From: Phycisphaeraceae bacterium
GTDB lineage: Bacteria; Planctomycetota; Phycisphaerae; Phycisphaerales; Phycisphaeraceae
DNA length: 64,000 nt
NCBI GenBank assembly: GCA_963674705.1
Contig: OY771506.1
Location: forward strand, 3,616,001 to 3,680,000
Direction of reading: 5' to 3'
Part shown: positions 8,823-18,674 of the stretch, one piece after another
Position numbering within the stretch: position 1 is the stretch's first letter
Layout of the letters: each line of letters opens with the position of its first letter
Made by a program: the position numbers and the translations under genes
Notes under the pieces: generated by a model
Told to the model about the DNA's origin: nothing
Database searches by the model: none
Seen by the model: only the letters and a program-made list of their open reading frames with translations

Positions 8823-10903
8823 ATTTCGCCGAACTGAGGGATCAGGTATTCATACATAAACGGATTGCTCATCCGTTTGTAGGGTTCAAATAGCCCGTTC
8901 TTCATTGTGAAGTTGCTATCGATCAGGAATCGCGAGATTTCTGAGGGCTTGTGTTGTTCGAGCAAGCGTCCAATGATTTCAGCCATATACGCCCGTTCGT
9001 ATGGGTTATCGCTATCTTTCAGGACCGGCAAAATCTGCCCCACAACGCCCTCGGTATGGCATAAGGAAAGGGCCAGTATGACTTCCCGGTTAACGAAGTA
9101 ATGCTCGTCGTAATAACGCACAAGTATGGGGATCGCTTCGTCCGTACCAATGACACCCAGCGACAAGACTGCTGCGCGTTTGGACATCAAGTTAGTCGTC
9201 TCGTCACGTGTAGGGGGCTGGGCCATAAACGCCGGAATGTGGCTGATCAGATTGTGGTCACCCAGCATGGCTCTAGCGAGTGAAACGTATCCACCCAGTA
9301 GCTGGCTATTTTGATTCAGTGCATCATGATGATTGACAAGAGTTTTAAGATTAGCGGTTCGTCCGCTGATACCCAAGGCTATTGCGCAGGCCGTGCGAAC
9401 TTCAATTTTTTCTCGCTTGTCCAGCAATCTTTCGGTCAACAGTTCGATCGCGGAAAGATACGCCGGGGTATCAGAAATACCTTGATCAGCCATGTACGGC
9501 CTGGCATAGATCCCAAGCCCAATAGCCGCAAAACCTCGCATCGGAGATTCGAGTTTTTCCTGTGTTTTTAACCGACCATTCTCATCTCGGTCGCTGGCGA
9601 CTGCTAACAGGAGCGGAAGCCCATCTTTCGAGCCAATCTGCCCCAGACTGATCAGGGCAAAGCACTTGGGCGTGATGTTGTATTCGTCCTCACGTTCTTC
9701 AATCAGTAATTGAAGCGTGCGGATTACCTCGGGTTGATTACCCGCTTGCCCCAGGGCAATCACAGCCGAAGTCCGAAGCCGGGCCATATAGATATCTTCG
9801 ACACCCTTAACCATCTTGAGGTTGTCTAAAAAGACCACGGGACGGTCGGCGGGGTTTCTGCCTTTGGGCGCGGGCAGGTCATGGGGCTGAACATCACTGC
9901 GAATTACTTCGGATTTTTCGTCGTAAGGCGTCGGTTCATATGAGAAGAGCCTGCGATGAGCTTGAAGCCATTCGCGGTATTCACTAAGTGTAATCGGCCC
10001 GAGTTTATCATTACGCAGTGCAAGCAGGAACTGCCACACCGGCACTTCTTCTATTGCTGTATCGCCGGAAGCGATCACGGTCAGTACCCTTAAACCGATT
10101 TTTTCAGCTATGCGTCCTAACGACAATCCCGATTCTGATACAAGCCACGGGTTGTGAGATCCGGCGATCCACTTTATCGCCATATCCTCAGTGATCCCGT
10201 TTTTATGCTGTGAAAGCGCCCAATACGCCGCATAAGAAACAGACGATGAGGGATCCTTGCATAGTTCCTGTAATCGAGTGCGCAATTGATCGCTTAATGT
10301 AGGCAGGAACCCGCAAGCGATGATCGCTGATGCTTTCATACGTTCGGATTCTGGTGAGTAAGATCCCAGCAGTTCTTCGCTGCGATCACCACCGATCATA
10401 CCGATCGCCAATAAAGCATGAGATCGGACCTCTCCCATTGAATCGTTTTCTGCTGCTTCGATGAGCGCATCCAGCACTTCATCCGGGGCGGGGCTCCCGA
10501 TTCGTCCCAACGCTATCGCAGCCGATTTTCGAGCTTCAACGTTTGAGTCCTTCAGCAATTCAACAAGTGTTTTGAATGCTTCGCCGCGCAGGTTATTGCG
10601 CTGCTCCTGGCTGATGTCCTGCGTATTGAAACCTTGGTTGGCGGGATATAGATATCGCTCACGATTCGCTTCCCACCAATGGACCCAGGACCAGCGTAGT
10701 TCATATACCGGTGGTGGGTATTTGATAACGGGATCAGGCGTTGGTTCTTGTTTTGGTGGCGGCGGTGGTGGTGGGGGGGGATTCCTTCTGGGAGGCCGGT
10801 ATGGCTCACTATGTGCCAATAGCGGGCCTGCGATCAAAAGGATGGCAAACATCCAGACCAGCAGCGACCTGATCGACCCCGGGATTTGTACTATTGTGTT
10901 CAA
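8813..10903 (-). CDS. Exported HEAT-repeat protein with a poly-Pro linker
   Basis: Repeats such as VEARKSAAIALGRIG, VRSHALLAIGMIG and VRTACAIALGISG; signal-like N-terminus; PPPPPPPPP tract. Start uncertain (10852-10942). Confidence 0.8.
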   Translation of the reverse strand: MNTIVQIPGSIRSLLVWMFAILLIAGPLLAHSEPYRPPRRNPPPPPPPPPKQEPTPDPVIKYPPPVYELRWSWVHWWEANRERYLYPANQGFNTQDISQEQRNNLRGEAFKTLVELLKDSNVEARKSAAIALGRIGSPAPDEVLDALIEAAENDSMGEVRSHALLAIGMIGGDRSEELLGSYSPESERMKASAIIACGFLPTLSDQLRTRLQELCKDPSSSVSYAAYWALSQHKNGITEDMAIKWIAGSHNPWLVSESGLSLGRIAEKIGLRVLTVIASGDTAIEEVPVWQFLLALRNDKLGPITLSEYREWLQAHRRLFSYEPTPYDEKSEVIRSDVQPHDLPAPKGRNPADRPVVFLDNLKMVKGVEDIYMARLRTSAVIALGQAGNQPEVIRTLQLLIEEREDEYNITPKCFALISLGQIGSKDGLPLLLAVASDRDENGRLKTQEKLESPMRGFAAIGLGIYARPYMADQGISDTPAYLSAIELLTERLLDKREKIEVRTACAIALGISGRTANLKTLVNHHDALNQNSQLLGGYVSLARAMLGDHNLISHIPAFMAQPPTRDETTNLMSKRAAVLSLGVIGTDEAIPILVRYYDEHYFVNREVILALSLCHTEGVVGQILPVLKDSDNPYERAYMAEIIGRLLEQHKPSEISRFLIDSNFTMKNGLFEPYKRMSNPFMYEYLIPQFGEIWY

Positions 10904-10923
10904 TGTTGATGTAGTATAAACCG

Positions 10924-12159
10924 ATGGCCGGTCGGCACACAAGCCAAAATCGAAAAAAGTCTCACCCTATTTGGTGGATCACCCAGGGCGTGGTTGTGTT
11001 GTTGCTTGGTTCGATCATGCTCTGGCTGATCATCCCCGAAACCGATCCGGTTCACCAGGCGGCCGACTCGTCAACCGATCAAGCGGCCCTGGACCGGATA
11101 GAAGCCTGCAAGGACGCGCCGCTTGAGTACCTCGTTACGCACACATCCGACACCGACTGGCGTGTCCGGGCGGCTGCGTATGAAGCCCTTTGGGAGATAG
11201 CGCCTTTCAAGGATGTCCCCCTGAGAGATACACCACTGGAAAAACGTGAAGCGTTATTGTTGGAATGGCTGGATCAAAACGCACCGCATCTTGCTACAGA
11301 TCTTTGCGAGTTATACGTATCCCCGCAGCACCTGTGCCTTGGCAAAACATTGGTACAGCGTTGCATGACCTGCCACCTTGGTCCAGAACCTGCACCTGAA
11401 TATGAGCCCTTGCAGTGTGCTCCATGCCACGAGCAAATTCATCAGCAATGGACCGGCACGGCACACGCCAACAGCCTGACCCACCTGCGTTATATCACGA
11501 TCGATCCAACCACCCGCCAGCAGGTTCCGCTTGAATTTGAAGGCCGAATGGGATTGTCCTGTATTGCATGTCATGAGGCCACACAGCTGACCCCCCAGAC
11601 CGATTGTGTTGCGTCTTTCAAGACCCATGCTTGTGGTACGTGCCACAGCCAGGCCCAATCGCAGTGGGAAGTCTGGCGGACATCGGATCGCTACCAGCAC
11701 GCCAACTGGCCACCGGGTTCGCTGGAAAAGCTGGAAGGACCACCGCAGGGATGTACTGACTGCCACATGAAAGAGCACGAGCATCTTTGGGCCGCCCGTC
11801 GCGATCTGGCGTTCCTGCAGTCTGGGATCAAGCTGAATATCAAGCGAATACCTCGGCAACCCACTGTGATCGAACTCTACAACCTGACCGGCCACGCCTT
11901 CCCGACCGAGACGACTCGCCGCTCGCTGCAACTCTTCATCCAGACCGACGACGGCGAAGAACGCTTGCTCGCCGAATTGGCGGATCAGATACCGGGCCAG
12001 GATTTAGCCGATAATATCGAGCCCCCGCTGGCTCCCAGCGAAGTCCGTCAGTATCCGCTCGCGGACGGCGTTGGCATCGTCCGGGCTCGGCTGGTCTTCG
12101 TCCGTAACCGCTTCCAGGAAGGCGCCTACACGATCCAGATCGCGGAAACCGATCGATAG
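10924..12159 (+). CDS. Membrane-anchored multihaem c-type cytochrome (5 CxxCH) with a HEAT-like repeat
   Basis: CMTCH, CAPCH, CIACH, CGTCH, CTDCH; N-terminal TM helix; DWRVRAAAYEALWEI repeat. Confidence 0.85.
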   Translation: MAGRHTSQNRKKSHPIWWITQGVVVLLLGSIMLWLIIPETDPVHQAADSSTDQAALDRIEACKDAPLEYLVTHTSDTDWRVRAAAYEALWEIAPFKDVPLRDTPLEKREALLLEWLDQNAPHLATDLCELYVSPQHLCLGKTLVQRCMTCHLGPEPAPEYEPLQCAPCHEQIHQQWTGTAHANSLTHLRYITIDPTTRQQVPLEFEGRMGLSCIACHEATQLTPQTDCVASFKTHACGTCHSQAQSQWEVWRTSDRYQHANWPPGSLEKLEGPPQGCTDCHMKEHEHLWAARRDLAFLQSGIKLNIKRIPRQPTVIELYNLTGHAFPTETTRRSLQLFIQTDDGEERLLAELADQIPGQDLADNIEPPLAPSEVRQYPLADGVGIVRARLVFVRNRFQEGAYTIQIAETDR

Positions 12160-12211
12160 TCAACATCTGGCCCGATTGGCTGTTCAACACGCCCCCGTTT
12201 ATGCTTTAAGC

Positions 12212-13432
12212 ATGAACGCTGCTGTGTTCCTCGATCGTGATAACACGCTGATCCACAACGACGGCGACCTGGGCGACCCGGAAAAGGTCCGCCTGATCCA
12301 GGGCGTCGCCAGTGCTGTCGCCTCGCTCAGTGGGCTGGGTTACAAGGTTATCGTCGTGACCAACCAGGGCGGTGTTGCCCGAGGCAAGTACTCCGAGCAG
12401 GATGTCGACCTGGTCCATCGGCGGATCAGCGAACTGCTCGAAGCCAGCACCAGCGGGGCGAAGGTCGACCGTTACTACTACTGTCCGTACCACCCCCAGG
12501 GCACCGTCTCGCGGTATCGCAAGGAACACCCGAACCGCAAACCCGCCCCCGGGATGCTGCTGGAAGCGGCGCAGGAGATGGGACTGGACCTGTCGCAGAG
12601 TTGGATGATCGGCGACCAGATCCGTGACATCCAGGCAGGCAAGGCGGCGGGAACCCGGACGGTCCTTCTGCGTCTCGATGCCGACCGACTCAAGCCCTTC
12701 GATCCTCGCGAATATCCTGGGGTCATTGATGAGTCTGTCGATGATGGCCAGGAAAAGGCCTCGCCCGACTTTTATGCACGCAACCTCGTTGAGGCTGTCC
12801 GTATCGTTGCCCAGCAACGTAAGCCGGAGACCAGCGAGACGATTAACCGCGCAGGACGAAGCCAACGAAAGTGGGATGCCGCCGCCGTAGCCAAGCTGCA
12901 GCAGGAAAGGCGAACCGCTCAAACCAGTGCATCGACCGACGCCGAAGATTCTGAGCCTCAAGCAGAATCACAATCGAGTTCTCCTGCAGGTGCACAACAG
13001 GCAACACAAACACAAGCCATACCCAAGCCTTTCCGACCATGGAACGTGCCGCTCGCTGAGTTGGATGATACTCAAGAAGAAACGGCTGCTGAACCCCAGG
13101 TCACGGTGAAGCAGGTTACGCCCGTTGCTAAACCCGAGGCCGCCCCTCAGCCTAAGCCCTCGCCCGCCGCTCCGCCGCCGGTGCAAGAAGACCTTACGCA
13201 AGTCGAAAAGACGCTGCGTCTGATCCTTCAGGAACTGCGAAGCCAACGCGGTATGGGTGAGGAATTTTCCTACGCCAAGATATTTGCCATCGTGCTGCAG
13301 ACGATTGCCGGCGCCTGTCTGCTTGGCGCCTTCTACCTGGGGTCTTCCGACCCCACGACGTTTTCACGTCTGATAGAGTCGGCCATATTTGCCCAACTGG
13401 CGGTTGTCACCGCCTTGCTTTGGGATCGCTAA
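12212..13432 (+). CDS. gmhB: D-glycero-manno-heptose-1,7-bisphosphate phosphatase (HAD-IIIA) with a long C-terminal linker and two TM helices
   Basis: AVFLDRDNTL, VVTNQGG, CPYHP, RKPAPGM and SWMIGD motifs; adjacent to a heptosyltransferase. Confidence 0.8.
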   Translation: MNAAVFLDRDNTLIHNDGDLGDPEKVRLIQGVASAVASLSGLGYKVIVVTNQGGVARGKYSEQDVDLVHRRISELLEASTSGAKVDRYYYCPYHPQGTVSRYRKEHPNRKPAPGMLLEAAQEMGLDLSQSWMIGDQIRDIQAGKAAGTRTVLLRLDADRLKPFDPREYPGVIDESVDDGQEKASPDFYARNLVEAVRIVAQQRKPETSETINRAGRSQRKWDAAAVAKLQQERRTAQTSASTDAEDSEPQAESQSSSPAGAQQATQTQAIPKPFRPWNVPLAELDDTQEETAAEPQVTVKQVTPVAKPEAAPQPKPSPAAPPPVQEDLTQVEKTLRLILQELRSQRGMGEEFSYAKIFAIVLQTIAGACLLGAFYLGSSDPTTFSRLIESAIFAQLAVVTALLWDR

Positions 13433-13456
13433 TCAGCCGTTGCTATACTTGCCCGG

Positions 13457-14545
13457 ATGCACGTAGACGCACATGAATTGAAACCCGGTCGCCTCCTGGT
13501 CGTCATGCCGACCTGGTTGGGGGATTGCGTGATGGCGATGCCCACGCTGCGTGCTCTGCGCGAACTCTATCCCGATGCGCATATCACGGCACTGGTCGGC
13601 AAGAATGTTAAACCGATCATCGATCCCAATCCGTGGGTGAATCGGACGCTGACCGCCAGGGTCCGGCGCGGCGGTAAAACCGAGCAGAAAGAGGGTGGGC
13701 CGTTCCGACTCGCAGCGAAACTCGCCAACGGCAAATTTGATCTGGCGGTCATCCTGCCCAACAGCTTCCGCAGCGCTCTGATCACAGCTTTGGCGAAAAT
13801 CCCGCGGCGGCTTGGATACGACCGGGACGGCAGGGGGGTGCTGCTGACCGACCGCCTCATCGCCCGCCGCACGCTCGAAGGTTACGTCCCCGTCCCAACG
13901 CGAGACTATTACCTGAGCCTGGCCAACTATCTCGGCGCGATGAGCCCCGATCCACAAATGCAGCTTTTTACGCGCAAAGAAGACGATGAATCCGCGGACA
14001 AGCTGTTACGCAAGGGAGGATTCGATCCGCAATCCGGTCAACACCTTGTACTGCTCAATCCCGGCGCCAACTACGGCGACGCCAAGATGTGGTTTCCCGA
14101 ACGTTACGCAGAGGTTGCAGACAAGTGCGTTGAAAAACTCGGTGCCTTCATCGCTGTCAGCGGAGCCCCGAAAGAGCGGCCGATCCTTGACAAAGTTATC
14201 CAATCCGCGAAAAAGCCGATCCTCGATCTCCAGGATGCGGGCATGACGCTCAATCAACTCAAGAGCATCGTCCGACATGCATCGGTAATGATTACGAACG
14301 ACACCGGCCCGCGCCACATCGCCGCCGCGATGAATACCCCCGTCGTTACGATCTTCGGCCCGACCGATCCGGCTTGGACCGTTATCAGCTTCAAACACGA
14401 GCGCCAGGTTATGGAAAAAGTTTTCTGTGGACCGTGCCAGAAGAAGAAGTGCCCCTTAGACCACCGTTGCATGACACGCATCGATGCAGATCGTGTTACC
14501 GGCGAAGTGGTCGATCTGCTCAAGACCGTGGAGGCAGGTGCTTGA
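13457..14545 (+). CDS. waaF: LPS heptosyltransferase II (GT9)
   Basis: PTWLGDCVMAMP, LPNSFRSA, NPGANYG.AK.W and TNDTGPRHIAAA motifs. Confidence 0.88.
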   Translation: MHVDAHELKPGRLLVVMPTWLGDCVMAMPTLRALRELYPDAHITALVGKNVKPIIDPNPWVNRTLTARVRRGGKTEQKEGGPFRLAAKLANGKFDLAVILPNSFRSALITALAKIPRRLGYDRDGRGVLLTDRLIARRTLEGYVPVPTRDYYLSLANYLGAMSPDPQMQLFTRKEDDESADKLLRKGGFDPQSGQHLVLLNPGANYGDAKMWFPERYAEVADKCVEKLGAFIAVSGAPKERPILDKVIQSAKKPILDLQDAGMTLNQLKSIVRHASVMITNDTGPRHIAAAMNTPVVTIFGPTDPAWTVISFKHERQVMEKVFCGPCQKKKCPLDHRCMTRIDADRVTGEVVDLLKTVEAGA

Positions 14546-14547
14546 AC

Positions 14548-15741
14548 ATGGCAAACACCGCAGCCATGAAGATCGCGATCATCATCGAGCGATTCGATCC
14601 GCACGCCGGCGGCCTCGAACGATCCACGGCGCAGATCGCTACCGAACTTACGAAGCGCGGCCACGATGTCACGCTCATCGCAGGCGGATGTCGAGATACA
14701 AACAGCCTGCCCGGCATCACCATTCGTGCGTTCGCCAGACGAAAGGCATCATCTGCCTTACGGCTCTATCGCTTCGTCAAATGGGCGAAAGAACAGATTG
14801 ATACTGGCCAATTCGATACCACGCTTTCGATGACTACGGCCGTGCCCGCGCGTGTGATGCAGCCCCGTGGCGGGACTGTACGGGAAACACTCGAACGTAA
14901 CATCGCCATGCGATCCACACCGGCAGCGCGACTCAACAAGCGACTGGCAGTCTTTTTCAATCCCAAGCAGCGTCTGCTGCAATCGCTCGAAAAAAACGCG
15001 TTTGAAAACCTGCAGCTTTTCAAAGTCGCCGCAGTCAGCCAATACGTGACACGCCAGCTTGAATCGCACTATAAACTTCCGAGTGACCGCGTTGAGTTGA
15101 TCCCCAATGCCGCGGTCATGCCCGAGGTCGATGCGGATACACGTCTAGCCTGGCGTCAACGGATCCGTGAAAGCTTCAAGATCCCCGACTCTGCGACGGT
15201 ATTTCTCTTTGCCGCTATCAATCCCCGGCTCAAAGGCTTCGATCCACTCATGCGGGCGCTGGCGATCCTCAAGGACCGGCGTGTCGATGCACGGGTTCTG
15301 TTGGCTGGCGAGTTCTGGCATCAGCACAATAGAGCGGCCGAGAAACTTCGCGTCAGGGACCGCGTCTGCTTCATCCGCCACACACGCAAGATCGAGGCCC
15401 TCTACGCCGCCGCCGACGTCACCGTCCACCCGACGTTTTACGACCCGGCCAGCAAGGTTGTCATCGAATCCCTGATGATGGGGGTCCCCGCCATCAGCAC
15501 CGCCTACAACGGGGCCAGCGACCTGATCGAGCCCGAGAATTCGCCGGCTCGCGGCCGAGTCATCCCGGACCCCTCCGACGCCCTTGCCCTGGCAAACGCC
15601 ATGCAATCACTGACTGCCCCCCAGGCTCTCCGAGCCTGTCAGGACGCCTGCAAGGGCCTGGAAGCCGGTTTATCCATGAAAGCCCATGTGGATCAACTGG
15701 AAGACCTGCTGCGTCGATCCCTGCCTGTGGAAGACGCATAA
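14548..15741 (+). CDS. GT4 glycosyltransferase (WaaG-like LPS core transferase)
   Basis: RFDPHAGGLER, KGFDPL and YAAADVTVHPTFYDPASKVVIESL motifs. Confidence 0.85.
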   Translation: MANTAAMKIAIIIERFDPHAGGLERSTAQIATELTKRGHDVTLIAGGCRDTNSLPGITIRAFARRKASSALRLYRFVKWAKEQIDTGQFDTTLSMTTAVPARVMQPRGGTVRETLERNIAMRSTPAARLNKRLAVFFNPKQRLLQSLEKNAFENLQLFKVAAVSQYVTRQLESHYKLPSDRVELIPNAAVMPEVDADTRLAWRQRIRESFKIPDSATVFLFAAINPRLKGFDPLMRALAILKDRRVDARVLLAGEFWHQHNRAAEKLRVRDRVCFIRHTRKIEALYAAADVTVHPTFYDPASKVVIESLMMGVPAISTAYNGASDLIEPENSPARGRVIPDPSDALALANAMQSLTAPQALRACQDACKGLEAGLSMKAHVDQLEDLLRRSLPVEDA

Positions 15742-15821
15742 ATGGTTGTTATCGAATAAGATAAGTTGAAGGCAGGGCGGTTGTGGTGGCCATGAAAAGG
15801 CAGCGATAACCTTGACCTAAT

Positions 15822-15851
15822 TTGCATATTTTGATGCTCTAACCCTATACT
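15822..15851 (+). promoter_or_regulatory. Candidate sigma-70 promoter of rpsL
   Basis: TTGCAT-N18-TATACT about 55 bp upstream of the rpsL ATG. Confidence 0.4.
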
Positions 15852-15906
15852 ACGCGGCTCGTAACATACGGATATACCAACCAACCCCTGCCCGGAACGG
15901 ACAGAC

Positions 15907-16278
<372 letters not shown>

Positions 16279-16484
16279 GTTTGAGCCGTTATCCTTCAGC
16301 CATTAGCCGTTAGCTAAAGGCTTGATGTGCAAGCAGGCGGTTGGTTACGAGATAGTCTGATTACTCATTGTTTTCGGAAAGTAATCGCTGAGCCGTGTTG
16401 GCAAAGCGGTGAACGATGAGGGAAAGCTGGTAGCTGAAGCTATCGACTCTCACCCCTCGACGATCCGACGAAAGGAAAAGCCAC

Positions 16485-16961
16485 ATGGCAGGCAGAATCA
16501 CCAAAGCTGAAGAACAACTGAAACCCGATCCTCGCTACGGCGACAAGGTCCTCTCACGTTTCATCAACTGCGTGATGAAGGACGGCAAGAAGTCCGTCGC
16601 ACAGCGCGTTGTCTACGATGCCCTCGACGAGATCGAAAAGCGAACCAAGGGCGACCCCAAGGCGATCGACGTCTTCCACGACGCCATCAACAACGTCAAG
16701 CCGGAAGTCGAAGTCCGCTCCAAGCGTGTCGGCGGCACCAACTACCAGGTGCCCATGCAGGTCAACAAGCGTCGCCAGCAGTCGCTGACCTTCCGCTGGA
16801 TCATCGGCGCCGCCCGTGCCGAATCGGGTAAGCCCATGTACCTGCGTCTTGCCAAGGAACTCATGGACGCCTCCCGTAAGGAAGGCAAGGCCATGAACAC
16901 CCGCGACCAGGTTCACCGTATGGCCGACGCCAACAAGGCCTTTGCTCACTTCGCCTGGTAA
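16485..16961 (+). CDS. rpsG: 30S ribosomal protein S7
   Basis: DGKKSVAQR, EVRSKRVGGTNYQVP and HRMADANKAFAHF. Confidence 0.99.
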   Translation: MAGRITKAEEQLKPDPRYGDKVLSRFINCVMKDGKKSVAQRVVYDALDEIEKRTKGDPKAIDVFHDAINNVKPEVEVRSKRVGGTNYQVPMQVNKRRQQSLTFRWIIGAARAESGKPMYLRLAKELMDASRKEGKAMNTRDQVHRMADANKAFAHFAW

Positions 16962-16990
16962 GCAACAGCCAACAATCCGAATCAACGACG

Positions 16991-17017
16991 ACGCCCCGCC
17001 AATTGGTGGGGCGTTTT
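16991..17017 (+). terminator. Intrinsic terminator after rpsG
   Basis: ACGCCCCGCCAATTGGTGGGGCGT hairpin followed by a short T run. Confidence 0.75.
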
Positions 17018-17226
17018 ACATGAGCACTTTATCCCGAGATAAGCACATGCATTCCCACGGTATCCGATTGTTTACACTTCTGTATGTCAATTGCAATTGA
17101 ATTGACTAGAATAAGTAGTGCGGTATCTGAATGATTGTGAAAGATTTTGTTGCTTTGTCTACGCGCGTTATAAAAACGCTTGGAGACCTACGCTGTTCAT
17201 ACCAATTAATCCCGTGTTTCTAATCG

Positions 17227-18642
17227 ATGAGTGTCAATCCTATGTCGCAGCAACCAAGCGATGCAATAAACCAACAGTGGAACTGGCAGCGTCAGCCGGA
17301 GGCCGATGCTCTGATCCGAGACCTGGTAGATGAATTCCTGTCTCGCAATCCCGAAGCGGCAACGCTCGCTCGTCGGATGCTGGATGAAACCGCTACGCGT
17401 TTCGTCGACTGGGTCGACTTCATCCGCATCCCCACGACTCACAAAGCTGCCGCGCAACTTACCGATACCGGTTACGAACTCAAACCTCTGCCCGGCGCAC
17501 CCACGCGTTACATCCACGATGGGGCCGTGCTCCCTGCCGTGCTGATCGAAGATGGTCCGATGCGTGTGGGTATCAAGGTCGATTGGGTGGCGGACTTTCT
17601 TGCGACATGGAACATCACGCCCGAGACGCCGATCTATGGTGAACCCTTCAGCCAATTACGCATGGCAACCGCGTTCAAAGGCGACGACGCTGAGATGCTC
17701 TGTGTCGAAAGACACGGCTACCGCGGCTTCGATCAACCAAAGTACTCGCCGCAACTGGCCGTAAATGCGCAGCGTGTCCTCGAATCGTTCCGCCGCCGCC
17801 GTCGGAATTTTGCCACGGATGATGAAGGCATCGCTCACACGCTGACATTCGTGAATAACGCGATCGCCCAACTCGCCGAACACACGGATCAAGACGCCGC
17901 ACGCAACTATGCTTGTGACCTTTTTTTTCATGCGGAGCGCGACTTCTGGCAGCGGCGCAACACCGCGGCCCGCTGGCAAAAGGCGCGGCAGGACAGCCTC
18001 GGCATCGGTTGGGCAAATCACGACCACCACACCTTCCGCTGTTCGCGCAAACTCTTCAAGCGAACGATCGAAGTCTTAGAGACGCTGGGTTTCTATTGCC
18101 GTGAACGTTTCTATGCCGGCGGCGAAGCAGGCTGGGGCGCACAGGTGCTCGAACAACCGGTCGCAGGTTTTGTCATCTTCGCCGATGTCGACATGGCCCC
18201 CGAAGAAGTCACGCACGACTTCGACCACCGAACCATCGAATCACCAACCGAACTTGGTACCGTCGGCCTGTGGACCGCGCTGCACGGAGACTCCATTCTC
18301 AAAGCAGGTATGCACCACCTTGAATGCCAGTTCGACCACGAACGCTTGACCGCAGACCTCGAAGCGTCCGGCCACAAGGTCATGGACAAATTCACCAACT
18401 TCGAGTTTCTCTGCCAGGCCTTCACCGCCGGTGAAGTCTGGCAGATTGATAGCGCTCGCATCGACGACCTGCTTAACAGAAGTCTGATTACAAAAGAACA
18501 GGCGCAGCGTTTCCGCGAACAAGGTGCTGTCGGCTCGCACCTGGAGAATCTGGAAAGAAACGATGGCTACAAGGGTTTCAATCAAACCGGCGTCAGTGAC
18601 ATTATTCGCCGCACAGATGCCCGAACCGTCGCAACCACATAA
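17227..18642 (+). CDS. Conserved hypothetical protein; putative VOC-fold Fe(II) dioxygenase (HPPD/DUF1338-like)
   Basis: NHDHHTFR, GMHHLECQF, LCQAFT and HLENLERNDGYKGFN resemble the His/His/Glu pattern of HPPD-type enzymes. Confidence 0.5.
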   Translation: MSVNPMSQQPSDAINQQWNWQRQPEADALIRDLVDEFLSRNPEAATLARRMLDETATRFVDWVDFIRIPTTHKAAAQLTDTGYELKPLPGAPTRYIHDGAVLPAVLIEDGPMRVGIKVDWVADFLATWNITPETPIYGEPFSQLRMATAFKGDDAEMLCVERHGYRGFDQPKYSPQLAVNAQRVLESFRRRRRNFATDDEGIAHTLTFVNNAIAQLAEHTDQDAARNYACDLFFHAERDFWQRRNTAARWQKARQDSLGIGWANHDHHTFRCSRKLFKRTIEVLETLGFYCRERFYAGGEAGWGAQVLEQPVAGFVIFADVDMAPEEVTHDFDHRTIESPTELGTVGLWTALHGDSILKAGMHHLECQFDHERLTADLEASGHKVMDKFTNFEFLCQAFTAGEVWQIDSARIDDLLNRSLITKEQAQRFREQGAVGSHLENLERNDGYKGFNQTGVSDIIRRTDARTVATT

Positions 18643-18674
18643 ACAAAACAGTTGTTTTGCCGCATAACAACAAT

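Noticed and set aside
12071..12211. Longer gmhB start from the ORF track
   Set aside because: It overlaps the cytochrome gene; the HAD motif begins right after the ATG at 12212.
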